Made by a program: the position numbers and the translations under genes. The notes under the pieces were generated by a model, which was not told the origin of the DNA, searched no databases, and was given only the letters and a program-made list of their open reading frames with translations. Of a stretch of DNA of 64,000 nucleotides, positions 56,466 through 64,000 are shown in pieces. Position 1 is the first letter of the stretch. The number at the start of each line of letters is the position of its first letter. The DNA comes from Candidatus Levyibacteriota bacterium (GTDB lineage Bacteria > Patescibacteriota > Microgenomatia > Levybacterales > UBA12049). The DNA lies in contig CAVRKE010000001.1 of NCBI GenBank assembly GCA_963722305.1, forward strand, positions 373,549-437,548, given 5' to 3'.

Positions 56466-57326
56466 ATGAGTAACCTTACCGAAGAAAAATTAAAGGAGCT
56501 GGAACTAAAAGCCAACCAGGCCCGCCAATTGGTAATCGAAATGCTTTTGACCGCCGGTTCGGGCCATAGCGCCGGCTCTTTGGGAATGGCGGACATTTTT
56601 AGCGCTTTTTACTTTCATATCTTGAACCATCAACCGGCTAACCCTGCTTGGCCGGACCGCGACCGGCTAATTCTTTCCAACGGCCATATTTGCCCAATCA
56701 GGTATGCCACCATGGCTCTAAGCGGTTATTTTCCGGTTGAAGAATTAAAAACCTTGCGAAAATTGGGTTCAAGGCTGCAAGGCCATCCCCACCGCACATC
56801 TTTACCCGGACTGGAAACCACTTCCGGCCCTTTGGGCGAAGGCATTTCCCAGGGAATCGGTATTACCCTGGCGGCAAACTTAGAAAAAAAAACTTATCGT
56901 ATTTATGTGGTTACATCGGACGGCGAACACGAGGAAGGCAACACTTGGGAAGCGGTAATGTTTGCCGGAAAAAATAAGTTGAGCAATTTAACTGTCGTTG
57001 TCGACCGCAACAATATCCAAATCGACGGCTTTACCGAAGATGTCATGCCGCTTGAATCGCTAAAAGCTAAATACGAAGCGTTTAACTGGAACGCGATTGA
57101 AATTGACGGCAATGATATCAAGGCTTTTATTGCTGCGGTTGAGAAAGTCAAAACGGTTTCGGATAAACCAAGCGTCATTATCGCCGATACTATTCCCGGC
57201 AAAGGAGTTTCGTTTATGGAAAAGGATTTTTTGTGGCACGGCAAAGCACCAAACGCCGAAGAAGCCAAAAAAGCCCTTGAAGAATTAAGAACTTTGCAGG
57301 GAAGAATCAACCTTAATGATAAATGA
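56466..57326 (+). CDS. tkt: transketolase, N-terminal (TPP-binding) subunit; tool ORF starts at 56349 but ATG 56466 is likely
   Basis: GSGHSAGSLGMADIF and GPLGEGISQGIG TPP-binding motifs. Confidence 0.8.
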   Translation: MSNLTEEKLKELELKANQARQLVIEMLLTAGSGHSAGSLGMADIFSAFYFHILNHQPANPAWPDRDRLILSNGHICPIRYATMALSGYFPVEELKTLRKLGSRLQGHPHRTSLPGLETTSGPLGEGISQGIGITLAANLEKKTYRIYVVTSDGEHEEGNTWEAVMFAGKNKLSNLTVVVDRNNIQIDGFTEDVMPLESLKAKYEAFNWNAIEIDGNDIKAFIAAVEKVKTVSDKPSVIIADTIPGKGVSFMEKDFLWHGKAPNAEEAKKALEELRTLQGRINLNDK

Positions 57327-57457
57327 GTAATGATTAATTAAAAAAAGGGGTGACATCGGAGGAAGGTTGAGCGAAGCGAAATGGTTAGGATGATTCTTAA
57401 CCGCAAGACTTGGCAAGAGTTTCTGCTTCTCTTTGCGGAAAAGAGAGGAAAGAATTT

Positions 57458-58447
57458 ATGTTGAACAAAGATTTAAATTTAAATAAAAATTTATTCGCAG
57501 AAACGGTTGAAAAAAGAGCCACCAGAGATGGTTTTGGTGAGGCGCTGGTTGAGCTTGGAAAGACTAATCCAAATGTAGTGGTCTTAACCGCCGATCTTTC
57601 GGAATCGACCAGAACCGAGGAGTTTGCCAAACAGTTTCCGGAGCGGTTTTTCGAAGTCGGGGTAGCCGAACAAAATATGGTGGCCATCGCTGCCGGCCTG
57701 GGTGTCAGCGGAAAAATTGCTTTTACAACCTCCTATGCTGTCTTTTCTCCCGGAAAAAATTTAGAAACTATTCGGACCACTATCGCCTACAATCAGGCAA
57801 ACGTCAAAATTGCCGGACATCACGCCGGAGTTTTGACCGGTCCGGACGGCGCTACTCATCAGGCAACCGAAGACCTGGCGATTATGCGGACACTCCCGGG
57901 AATGACGGTTTTTTGTCCCTGCGATGCCATCGAAGCCAAAAAAATGACTTTAGAAGCGGCCAAAATTTTCGGTCCGGTTTATCTAAGATTCACCAGAGAT
58001 AAAACCCCTCTTATCACTACCGGGCAAACACCGTTTGATAGCCATAAAATTCAAACTTTTTGGGTTAGTGAAGAACCTAAAGTGACTATTTTTGCCACCG
58101 GCTATCTGCTTTACTATGCTCTTCTGGCCGCCAAAAGCCTTGAGCAGCAGGGTATTCAAGTTCTAGTTGCCAATGTTGCGGCAATTAAGCCTTGCGATGA
58201 AGAAACAATCATTGAGTTGGCCGGAAAATCAGGCCGCGTGGTCACCGTTGAAGACCACCAAGTCGCCGGGGGCCTGGGCGGCATGATTGCCGAAATTTTG
58301 GCCAGGACCAAACCAACGCCGATTGAATTTGTTGGGCTTAAAGATACCTTTGGCGAATCCGGCCAACCCTTGGAACTAATTAAAAAATTTCTGCTGGGCG
58401 AAGTGGCCATCGCAGAAGCCGTTAAAAGAATAATCGCAAAAGCCTAG
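57458..58447 (+). CDS. tkt: transketolase, C-terminal (pyrimidine-binding) subunit; likely start ATG 57458 after GAGGAA
   Basis: Transketolase Pyr and C-terminal domains (FEVGVAEQNMV, AGHHAGVLTGPDGATHQ). Confidence 0.8.
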   Translation: MLNKDLNLNKNLFAETVEKRATRDGFGEALVELGKTNPNVVVLTADLSESTRTEEFAKQFPERFFEVGVAEQNMVAIAAGLGVSGKIAFTTSYAVFSPGKNLETIRTTIAYNQANVKIAGHHAGVLTGPDGATHQATEDLAIMRTLPGMTVFCPCDAIEAKKMTLEAAKIFGPVYLRFTRDKTPLITTGQTPFDSHKIQTFWVSEEPKVTIFATGYLLYYALLAAKSLEQQGIQVLVANVAAIKPCDEETIIELAGKSGRVVTVEDHQVAGGLGGMIAEILARTKPTPIEFVGLKDTFGESGQPLELIKKFLLGEVAIAEAVKRIIAKA

Positions 58448-59391
58448 TCAAGTGAGGCGAAAACGCGGTAGAATTTCTGGAAATTTCTGCTGACCGTTTG
58501 AATCACTTCTGCCTTACCGATTTCGCCATGGTAAAACTTCTCCAAAGCGTCCCAAAAAACCGTTCTGCCGACTGCAAAACCGATTACCCCTTCAAGTTTT
58601 GGCCCGACTTCCAACCACTCCTCTTTTAAGCCCGTCTCTATCCATTCATCAACCGTTTTTTCATCCGCTCCTCTTCCCAAAACCACCAAATTAACGTTTT
58701 CTCTTCCGTCGGCTTTTATCGCCCTGACAATTTTTTCGTAATCTTCGACTTTCTCAAAACCCTCAAGCTTCCAAACATCCGGCTCAATCCCAAAATCGTG
58801 TAAATCTTTGATTACTTCCTTGGTTAAAAGTGGCCTAATCTCGCTATCGTAGCGTTTTTTGTTTTTTTGCACTTTTTCCAGTTGTTTTTCGGTCGGAATA
58901 ACCAACAGCTCCAACAAGAATTTATAATTTTTTTCGTGGCAGAAATCACTGGCCGATTTTAATTTTTCCTTTTGCCGGCTTTTCAAATCATCTCCATCAA
59001 CGGGGTTATATCTGATTAGAATTTTCACAAAAGTCGGATGGTATCTGGCGATGTGTTCCGCGAAATTCTCGTATTGAAACTGAAACTCATCTACCCCGCT
59101 TTTCTCAATCGTCAACATGGTAATAAATCCATTCAGTTGAGCATCCGCCAAGACCGCGCTGCCATAATCCTCATCGCAAAGAATGGCGGCGTAATCTTGA
59201 GGAATAACCTTTTCTACCGCATCTTTAAAACCTTTATAGATAAGCATTTTAAATTCTCTAATTAAATGTTTTTGCTCTTCGTTTAGCTCCGCTTCCGAAG
59301 GTAAATTAAACATTTTCTTGGCAAAAGTCGCCCGGTGGTCAAACGGCAGAATATACAAAGGCTTGGTATAACCCAAATCGGCAAACTCCAT
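58444..59391 (-). CDS. aldolase-like TIM-barrel protein (LacD/DUF2090-type family)
   Basis: N-terminal YILPFDHR motif; weak family assignment. Confidence 0.3.
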   Translation of the reverse strand: MEFADLGYTKPLYILPFDHRATFAKKMFNLPSEAELNEEQKHLIREFKMLIYKGFKDAVEKVIPQDYAAILCDEDYGSAVLADAQLNGFITMLTIEKSGVDEFQFQYENFAEHIARYHPTFVKILIRYNPVDGDDLKSRQKEKLKSASDFCHEKNYKFLLELLVIPTEKQLEKVQKNKKRYDSEIRPLLTKEVIKDLHDFGIEPDVWKLEGFEKVEDYEKIVRAIKADGRENVNLVVLGRGADEKTVDEWIETGLKEEWLEVGPKLEGVIGFAVGRTVFWDALEKFYHGEIGKAEVIQTVSRNFQKFYRVFASLD

Positions 59392-59474
59392 TACTTATTT
59401 AGTCTGACGGCATTTGCGGGTTTTGTCAACGCTTGGTAGTTTGAAGGTCTAAGAATACCTACGGGGAAAAATAT

Positions 59475-59657
59475 CTAGAAAAACCTTATTCCGTGTTGTT
59501 GGGCAACCAACATCATTGCGGCGACCAAAACAAAAAGCACAAATATAAAGAACATCCAAGAATTAAATTTAATGTTGTCGCTCTTGTAGCCTCTTGCGCT
59601 TTTTTTTCTGACTGCTTTTCTCTTTGGCATATTTACCTCTTTATTCATTATAATCAC
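59475..59657 (-). CDS. small basic membrane protein (hypothetical)
   Basis: Basic N-terminus then single TM helix MFFIFVLFVLVAAMMLVA. Confidence 0.3.
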   Translation of the reverse strand: MIIMNKEVNMPKRKAVRKKSARGYKSDNIKFNSWMFFIFVLFVLVAAMMLVAQQHGIRFF

Positions 59658-59863
59658 AAAGTAGTGGTCAATGTCAAATTAACCCCTTGACAAGCCTCTA
59701 TAGATTGCTTTACGCTGAATATAATGAGTATTAGAGGCCTTATCTCCCGAGAAAAACCCCGAGCAGCGATTTTGCCGCGAAAAGCTACTCCTGACGACAA
59801 AAGAAATAGAATGGTAGACGCAGCCAGAAGACAACTCGCGCAGGACAGAGTCAGAGTCGCGGC

Positions 59864-61204
59864 CTAATTTTTATCCTCTACTTTAAATCCCATCTCAATT
59901 ATTTTCTTTCTGATTTTGTCTGCTTCCGTAAATTTTTTCTCTTTTCTTAAGCTTTCCCGCTCCCCAAGCATTTTCTTAACCTCCTCCGGCATTTGTTTCT
60001 CCTTTGCTACAACAATTGATTGTGAGTCTTTAAGCGAAAGCCCTAAAACTTCGTCAAATTTAGCAATCGTACCTGCTTTAAGCGAATCTGGATTCTCCGA
60101 TCTCATTACTTCCCAAAGCACAGAAAGCGCTTTTGGCATATTCAAGTCATCATTTATAGCGTCCAAAAACTTTTCTTCGTATTCTTTTATTCCTTCCGAG
60201 AAAAATCTTTCAAAGACTGAAATTTCTCTTCTCAACCTCTCCAGCGCATTTTGTGCCGCAGACAGCGCCTCAAAAGTGAAATTCATTTCCTGCCGGTAAT
60301 GCGTTTGCAAAAAAAGATATCGAAGAGAAAGTGGATCAAAACCTTTGTCAATAATATCTGAAAGCGTGTAAAAATTATGCAGGCTTTTACTCATTTTCTT
60401 GCCGTCAACCAGCATATGTGCCCCGTGCACCCAATATTTGACAAACGGAGACTTGCCGGTTCTGGCCTCAGACTGGGCAATTTCGTTTTCGTGATGTGGG
60501 AAAATCAAATCAACTCCGCCGGTGTGGATATCAATTTGTTCTCCCAAAATACTTTGGCTCATCACCGAACACTCGATATGCCAACCCGGTCTACCCTTTC
60601 CCCACGGGCAGTTATAACCAAATTCATCAGCTTGAACAGCTTTCCACAAGGCAAAATCCTGGACATCGTCTTTGCTATATTCGTCGGAAAGAATTCTGGT
60701 GCCGCTTTTTAGCTTTCTATTCTGTACACCGGAAAGCCTACCGTAATTAGGAAATTTTGAAATGTCAAAATAGATTGAGCCATCTTTTTCCTGATAGGCA
60801 AAACCTTTTTCAAGTAGAATTTTGATGAATTCAATCATCTTTGGAATATAAGCGGTGGCGTGTGGCTGCTCTTTTAACTGTTCGGGGTTAATATTCAATT
60901 TTTTGACATCTTCCAAGAAGTATTTTGTGTATTCTCTGGTTATCTCGCCGATTTCTTTTCCTTCATCTTTGGCTTTTTTAATAATCTTATCATCAATGTC
61001 GGTAATATTTTGCACCGCTTCAACGTTAAAATTATTATATTTAAGCGTTCTGAGTAAAATATCGGAAAAAACAAACGTTCTCAAATTTCCAATGTGCATA
61101 TGGTTATAAACGGTCGGTCCGCAGGTATACATGGTTACTTTTGGCGTATTCTGAGGCTTAAATTCTTCAACTTGATGGGATAAAGTGTTATAAATCTTCA
61201 ACAT
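59864..61204 (-). CDS. cysS: cysteinyl-tRNA synthetase
   Basis: Class I motifs HIGN (MHIGNLRT) and KMSKS. Confidence 0.9.
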   Translation of the reverse strand: MLKIYNTLSHQVEEFKPQNTPKVTMYTCGPTVYNHMHIGNLRTFVFSDILLRTLKYNNFNVEAVQNITDIDDKIIKKAKDEGKEIGEITREYTKYFLEDVKKLNINPEQLKEQPHATAYIPKMIEFIKILLEKGFAYQEKDGSIYFDISKFPNYGRLSGVQNRKLKSGTRILSDEYSKDDVQDFALWKAVQADEFGYNCPWGKGRPGWHIECSVMSQSILGEQIDIHTGGVDLIFPHHENEIAQSEARTGKSPFVKYWVHGAHMLVDGKKMSKSLHNFYTLSDIIDKGFDPLSLRYLFLQTHYRQEMNFTFEALSAAQNALERLRREISVFERFFSEGIKEYEEKFLDAINDDLNMPKALSVLWEVMRSENPDSLKAGTIAKFDEVLGLSLKDSQSIVVAKEKQMPEEVKKMLGERESLRKEKKFTEADKIRKKIIEMGFKVEDKN

Positions 61205-61231
61205 TTCTTTTTGAGCTTAACACAAGCGTGA

Positions 61232-61822
61232 TTACCCTGCAACTCCCCTGTTGGCTTCCGTTTTGGTTTGGGCTCGGGTTTTGGCGATGTCCTCATCTCC
61301 CTGTTTCTTTTTCTCTTCCAACTCCATCTTTTTCTGCTCTTCTTCTTTTTCCTGCTTCTCGACCCTTTTGGCCGCACTTTCCTTTTCCTGCTCTTCTTCT
61401 TTTTTCGTTTCGTAAGCAATTAACGGTTCGTAATAAGTTCCCTTATGCAGCTCCTTGCGAAGATTTGCCAGTTTTTGTTGAGTTTCCAGTTTGTCTTTTT
61501 GTTGCATTTGCTGCTGCAAATCCGGCGTCAGATTTTCCGGGAGTTCTGATGATGGCGCATAAAATTCTTTAACAAATCGTTTGGTCTCCTCGGTACTGAC
61601 GGCTTGAGGAACTGCTTCTGCTGCAGGTTGTTTTTGATTTTGGCCGGTCGCCTGCGCGCTTTGCGCCTGATTTTGCGTGCTTTGCGCCTGATTATCCGGA
61701 CTGGCTTCACCTCTATCGAAACCTAATTGTCCGGAAACAGACTTTGCAACGCTTTTGACCGTATTTTGCGTTGTCTGTTGCCCTTGTTCCAACATTTCCC
61801 CAAAAAAACTATTCTTGTCCAT
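61232..61822 (-). CDS. hypothetical Gln/Glu/Lys-rich low-complexity protein
   Basis: 196 aa, charged coiled-coil-like C-terminal half. Confidence 0.35.
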   Translation of the reverse strand: MDKNSFFGEMLEQGQQTTQNTVKSVAKSVSGQLGFDRGEASPDNQAQSTQNQAQSAQATGQNQKQPAAEAVPQAVSTEETKRFVKEFYAPSSELPENLTPDLQQQMQQKDKLETQQKLANLRKELHKGTYYEPLIAYETKKEEEQEKESAAKRVEKQEKEEEQKKMELEEKKKQGDEDIAKTRAQTKTEANRGVAG

Positions 61823-61874
61823 AATTCAATGCTACTTTAAATTCTTTAGGAATTAATAATTAGAACTTAGAAAT

Positions 61875-62495
61875 TTAATATTGGCTCCTTCCCTCCATTG
61901 CTCTTTGTAATGTCGTCTCGTCGGCGTATTCCAAATCCGCCCCGACCGGCAGCCCTCTGCCAATCCTGGTAATTTTTATTTGGAATTTGGGATTTGGGAT
62001 TTGGGATTTAACTTGTTTGGCAATATACATCGCCGTGGCTTCTCCTTCCATGGTCGGATTAGTCGCTAAGATTATTTCCTTAATCTCTGATTTTTTGTCT
62101 TTAATCCTTAACATCAATTGATTGATGTATATTTCCTCCGGCCCAATATTATTTAAAGGGTCAATTTTACCGTGCAGCACATGATAAACTCCCTTATAGC
62201 TTCTGCCTTTTTCAATTGCCAAAACGTCCAACGGCTCCTCAACCACGCAGATAGTGGACTTGTCTCTTTGCAAATCGGAGCAGATACTGCAAGGATTCTG
62301 GTCATCAATCATAAAGCATATTGAACATAAAATTGTATCTTTTTTAAGACTTTGTAGCGAAATAGCAAACTTATCCAATTCACCTTGAGGAACGTGCAGT
62401 AGATAAAATGTTAACCGCTGGGCGGTTTTCGGCCCCACCCCCGGTAGTTTTTCGAAAGACTCAATTAGATTTTGGATCGCCTTTGGTATAGTCAT
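61875..62495 (-). CDS. recR: recombination protein RecR
   Basis: HhH motif LPGVGPKTAQRL, C4 zinc finger CSICFMIDDQNPCSICSD, Toprim domain. Confidence 0.85.
   Translation of the reverse strand: MTIPKAIQNLIESFEKLPGVGPKTAQRLTFYLLHVPQGELDKFAISLQSLKKDTILCSICFMIDDQNPCSICSDLQRDKSTICVVEEPLDVLAIEKGRSYKGVYHVLHGKIDPLNNIGPEEIYINQLMLRIKDKKSEIKEIILATNPTMEGEATAMYIAKQVKSQIPNPKFQIKITRIGRGLPVGADLEYADETTLQRAMEGRSQY
61982..62009. repeat. heptanucleotide tandem repeat (GGGATTT)x3 plus a degenerate copy inside recR coding sequence
   Basis: ggaatttgggatttgggatttgggattt read directly; encodes IPNPKFQIK on the minus strand. Confidence 0.8.
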
Positions 62496-62656
62496 AATTT
62501 CTTTATTTTACAACATTTGAGTAGTCTAAGCGCGGGGAGATACAAAATTTTCGCTGTTTACATTCGAACTCCCTAACTTCAGGTTTATTGTTGAGAGTCT
62601 TGAGCTGGAAACGAGAAAATTTTCGTATCGACCTAAAGCGCTTCACGGACAAACCC

Positions 62657-63556
62657 CTAACTTATTAGACTCTCTGCCGCAATTTTGGCAATGGACAAAA
62701 TTTCCAGTTTTGGAAAACGATTATAAGCCGGAACCTCAATGGTATCGGAAACGACCATTCTTTCAATCCGCGATTTCTGCAAAATTTTATCCGCATACTT
62801 GGCAAAAACCGCGTGCGTGGCAAAAGCCAACACTCTTACTGCTCCGTTTTCGCTGAGCAAATTTGCCGCGTCAACCATGGTTATTCCGGTTGAAACCATA
62901 TCGTCAACAATGATGGCTGTTTTTCCCCGAACATCACCCGTCAATCCCGTATCTTTAATCTCTCCGCTTGCCAAATCACGGTTTTTTTCAACCGTCGCAA
63001 ACGGAATATTCCCTAACATTTCGGAAACTTCTTTAATTCTTCTTATCCCGCCCATGTCCGGTGAAACCAAGACAATTTCCTTTAGGCTAAAGTCTTTTTT
63101 TATTTTCTCCGAAAAAGTGGGCAAAGCGGATAAGTGATGGACGGGAACGGAAAAAATATCCGGAATTTTCGGCGAGTGCAGGTCAAAAGTAAACAACTCC
63201 GTCATTCCCACTCTGGTTAAAATCTCGGCGATTACTTCCAAAGACACTGCTTCACCGTCGCGAAAAATATGGTCCTGGCGTTGATATCCAAGATATGGAA
63301 TAACGGTCTTGACCGTCTTTGCGCCGGAGCGTTTTAAAGCGTCTATCATGATGAATAGTTCCATGTAATTTTCGTCGGGCGGAATGCTGGCGGATTGGAC
63401 AACTACACAGTCTTCGCCCAAGACCTTTTTTTGAATTCTGATTCTTTTTTCGCCGTCGGGAAAAACAAAAATTTCAACCGGAGAAAGATTTAGATCCAAA
63501 TGCTTGGCTATTTTTTCGGCTAAGAACCGGTTGGAAGAACCACTGAAAATCAACAT
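62657..63556 (-). CDS. prs: ribose-phosphate pyrophosphokinase
   Basis: N-terminal PRPP-synthetase domain and PRPP-binding loop AIIVDDMVSTGIT. Confidence 0.85.
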   Translation of the reverse strand: MLIFSGSSNRFLAEKIAKHLDLNLSPVEIFVFPDGEKRIRIQKKVLGEDCVVVQSASIPPDENYMELFIMIDALKRSGAKTVKTVIPYLGYQRQDHIFRDGEAVSLEVIAEILTRVGMTELFTFDLHSPKIPDIFSVPVHHLSALPTFSEKIKKDFSLKEIVLVSPDMGGIRRIKEVSEMLGNIPFATVEKNRDLASGEIKDTGLTGDVRGKTAIIVDDMVSTGITMVDAANLLSENGAVRVLAFATHAVFAKYADKILQKSRIERMVVSDTIEVPAYNRFPKLEILSIAKIAAESLIS

Positions 63557-63601
63557 CTCGTAGATATTGTACTACACGCGTCTTTGTATTCAAATACGCA
63601 G

Positions 63602-64000
63602 TTAGGTAAGGATGAGACTGCTGATGGAGTCGCCGGTTTCGAGGCGTTTGATTGCTTCTGCCAAAAGAGGTGCCACCGAAACTATTTCTATTTTTGGGTG
63701 TCTTACAACTGCGCTTCGGTGTAAAACACTGTCTGTGACAATTACTTTTTCCAGAGCCGACTGGCTAATTTTTGCCAAAGCGTCTCCCGAGAAAAGCCCG
63801 TGTGTGGCACAGGCGAAAATTCTTTTGGCTCCATTTTTCTTTAGACAATCTGCCGCATGCGTAATGGTATCTCCGGCGTCAATCATATCGTCAATCAGCA
63901 AAACATTCTTACCTTTGACATCTCCTACCATTGCCAAAGCCTCAGATTTATTATTGGCACGGATATCTCTTTCTTTGTAAACAATCGCCAATTCGTCGAC
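63602..64000 (-). CDS. prs: second ribose-phosphate pyrophosphokinase paralog, 3' part only (gene continues beyond window end)
   Basis: PRPP-binding loop VLLIDDMIDAGDTI; ORF open to the window edge. Confidence 0.6.
   Translation of the reverse strand, partial: VDELAIVYKERDIRANNKSEALAMVGDVKGKNVLLIDDMIDAGDTITHAADCLKKNGAKRIFACATHGLFSGDALAKISQSALEKVIVTDSVLHRSAVVRHPKIEIVSVAPLLAEAIKRLETGDSISSLILT

Noticed and set aside
13087-62009. Heptamer tandem arrays as CRISPR arrays
   Set aside because: Units are 7 nt with no spacers. The arrays are far too short and lack any repeat-spacer architecture. They are called microsatellites.
62555-62575. tRNA-like T-arm GGGAGTTCGAAT on the minus strand
   Set aside because: The would-be T-loop is followed by a ~20-nt insertion before the complementary CTCCC, with no acceptor or anticodon arms. 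Overall I found no convincing tRNA anywhere in the window.
1-64000. Alternative genetic code (UGA recoding as in Gracilibacteria/SR1) as the cause of split genes
   Set aside because: All observed gene splits involve a change of reading frame (overlapping ORFs in different frames). None is an in-frame TGA, and long ORFs containing no internal TGA are common.

Overview
This 64-kb window is from a low-GC (about 40%) bacterial chromosome with CPR/Patescibacteria-like traits: many small proteins, a split transketolase, fused purine enzymes and frequent leaderless-type promoters. Recognisable housekeeping genes include pepP-like aminopeptidase, an AI-2E transporter, hisS, rpmE-prfA, a kefB-like antiporter, murB, htrA, a Ctp protease, rpsF-ssb-rpsR, ychF, cysS, recR, two tandem prs paralogs, pyrB and a split tkt. 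A long minus-strand purine operon runs from about 34.3 to 50.9 kb. It includes purE, purC, a purF-purN fusion, purD, a purS-purL fusion, purQ, embedded non-pur genes, purM, and a divergent purH. An ApbE/FMN-binding/membrane-reductase flavinylation module sits at 51.7-54.5 kb. The most unusual structure is an 8.4-kb accessory island at 21.4-29.8 kb. Every gene-module boundary in it carries a co-oriented ~30-nt repeat (consensus CTCCCCTTTCCG-NNN-GTTGyCAAG). The modules are heterogeneous, cassette-like genes: an asparaginase N-domain, a RelE/Phd toxin-antitoxin pair, an ICMT methyltransferase, a DHFR-like protein, VOC, DUF1801, Bcp, Qor, a nucleotidyltransferase and an Ig-repeat surface protein. 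This looks like an integron- or pdif-like cassette array without a canonical attC site or a recombinase in the window. I also see a truncated IS30 transposase next to rpsF, three heptanucleotide microsatellites (two inside essential genes), and at least six frame disruptions (rpmE, prfA, the kefB-like gene, ctp, a hypothetical gene, and a nucleotidyltransferase gene at an A6 run). These point to indel sequencing errors or pseudogenisation. No rRNA, tRNA or CRISPR was detected.
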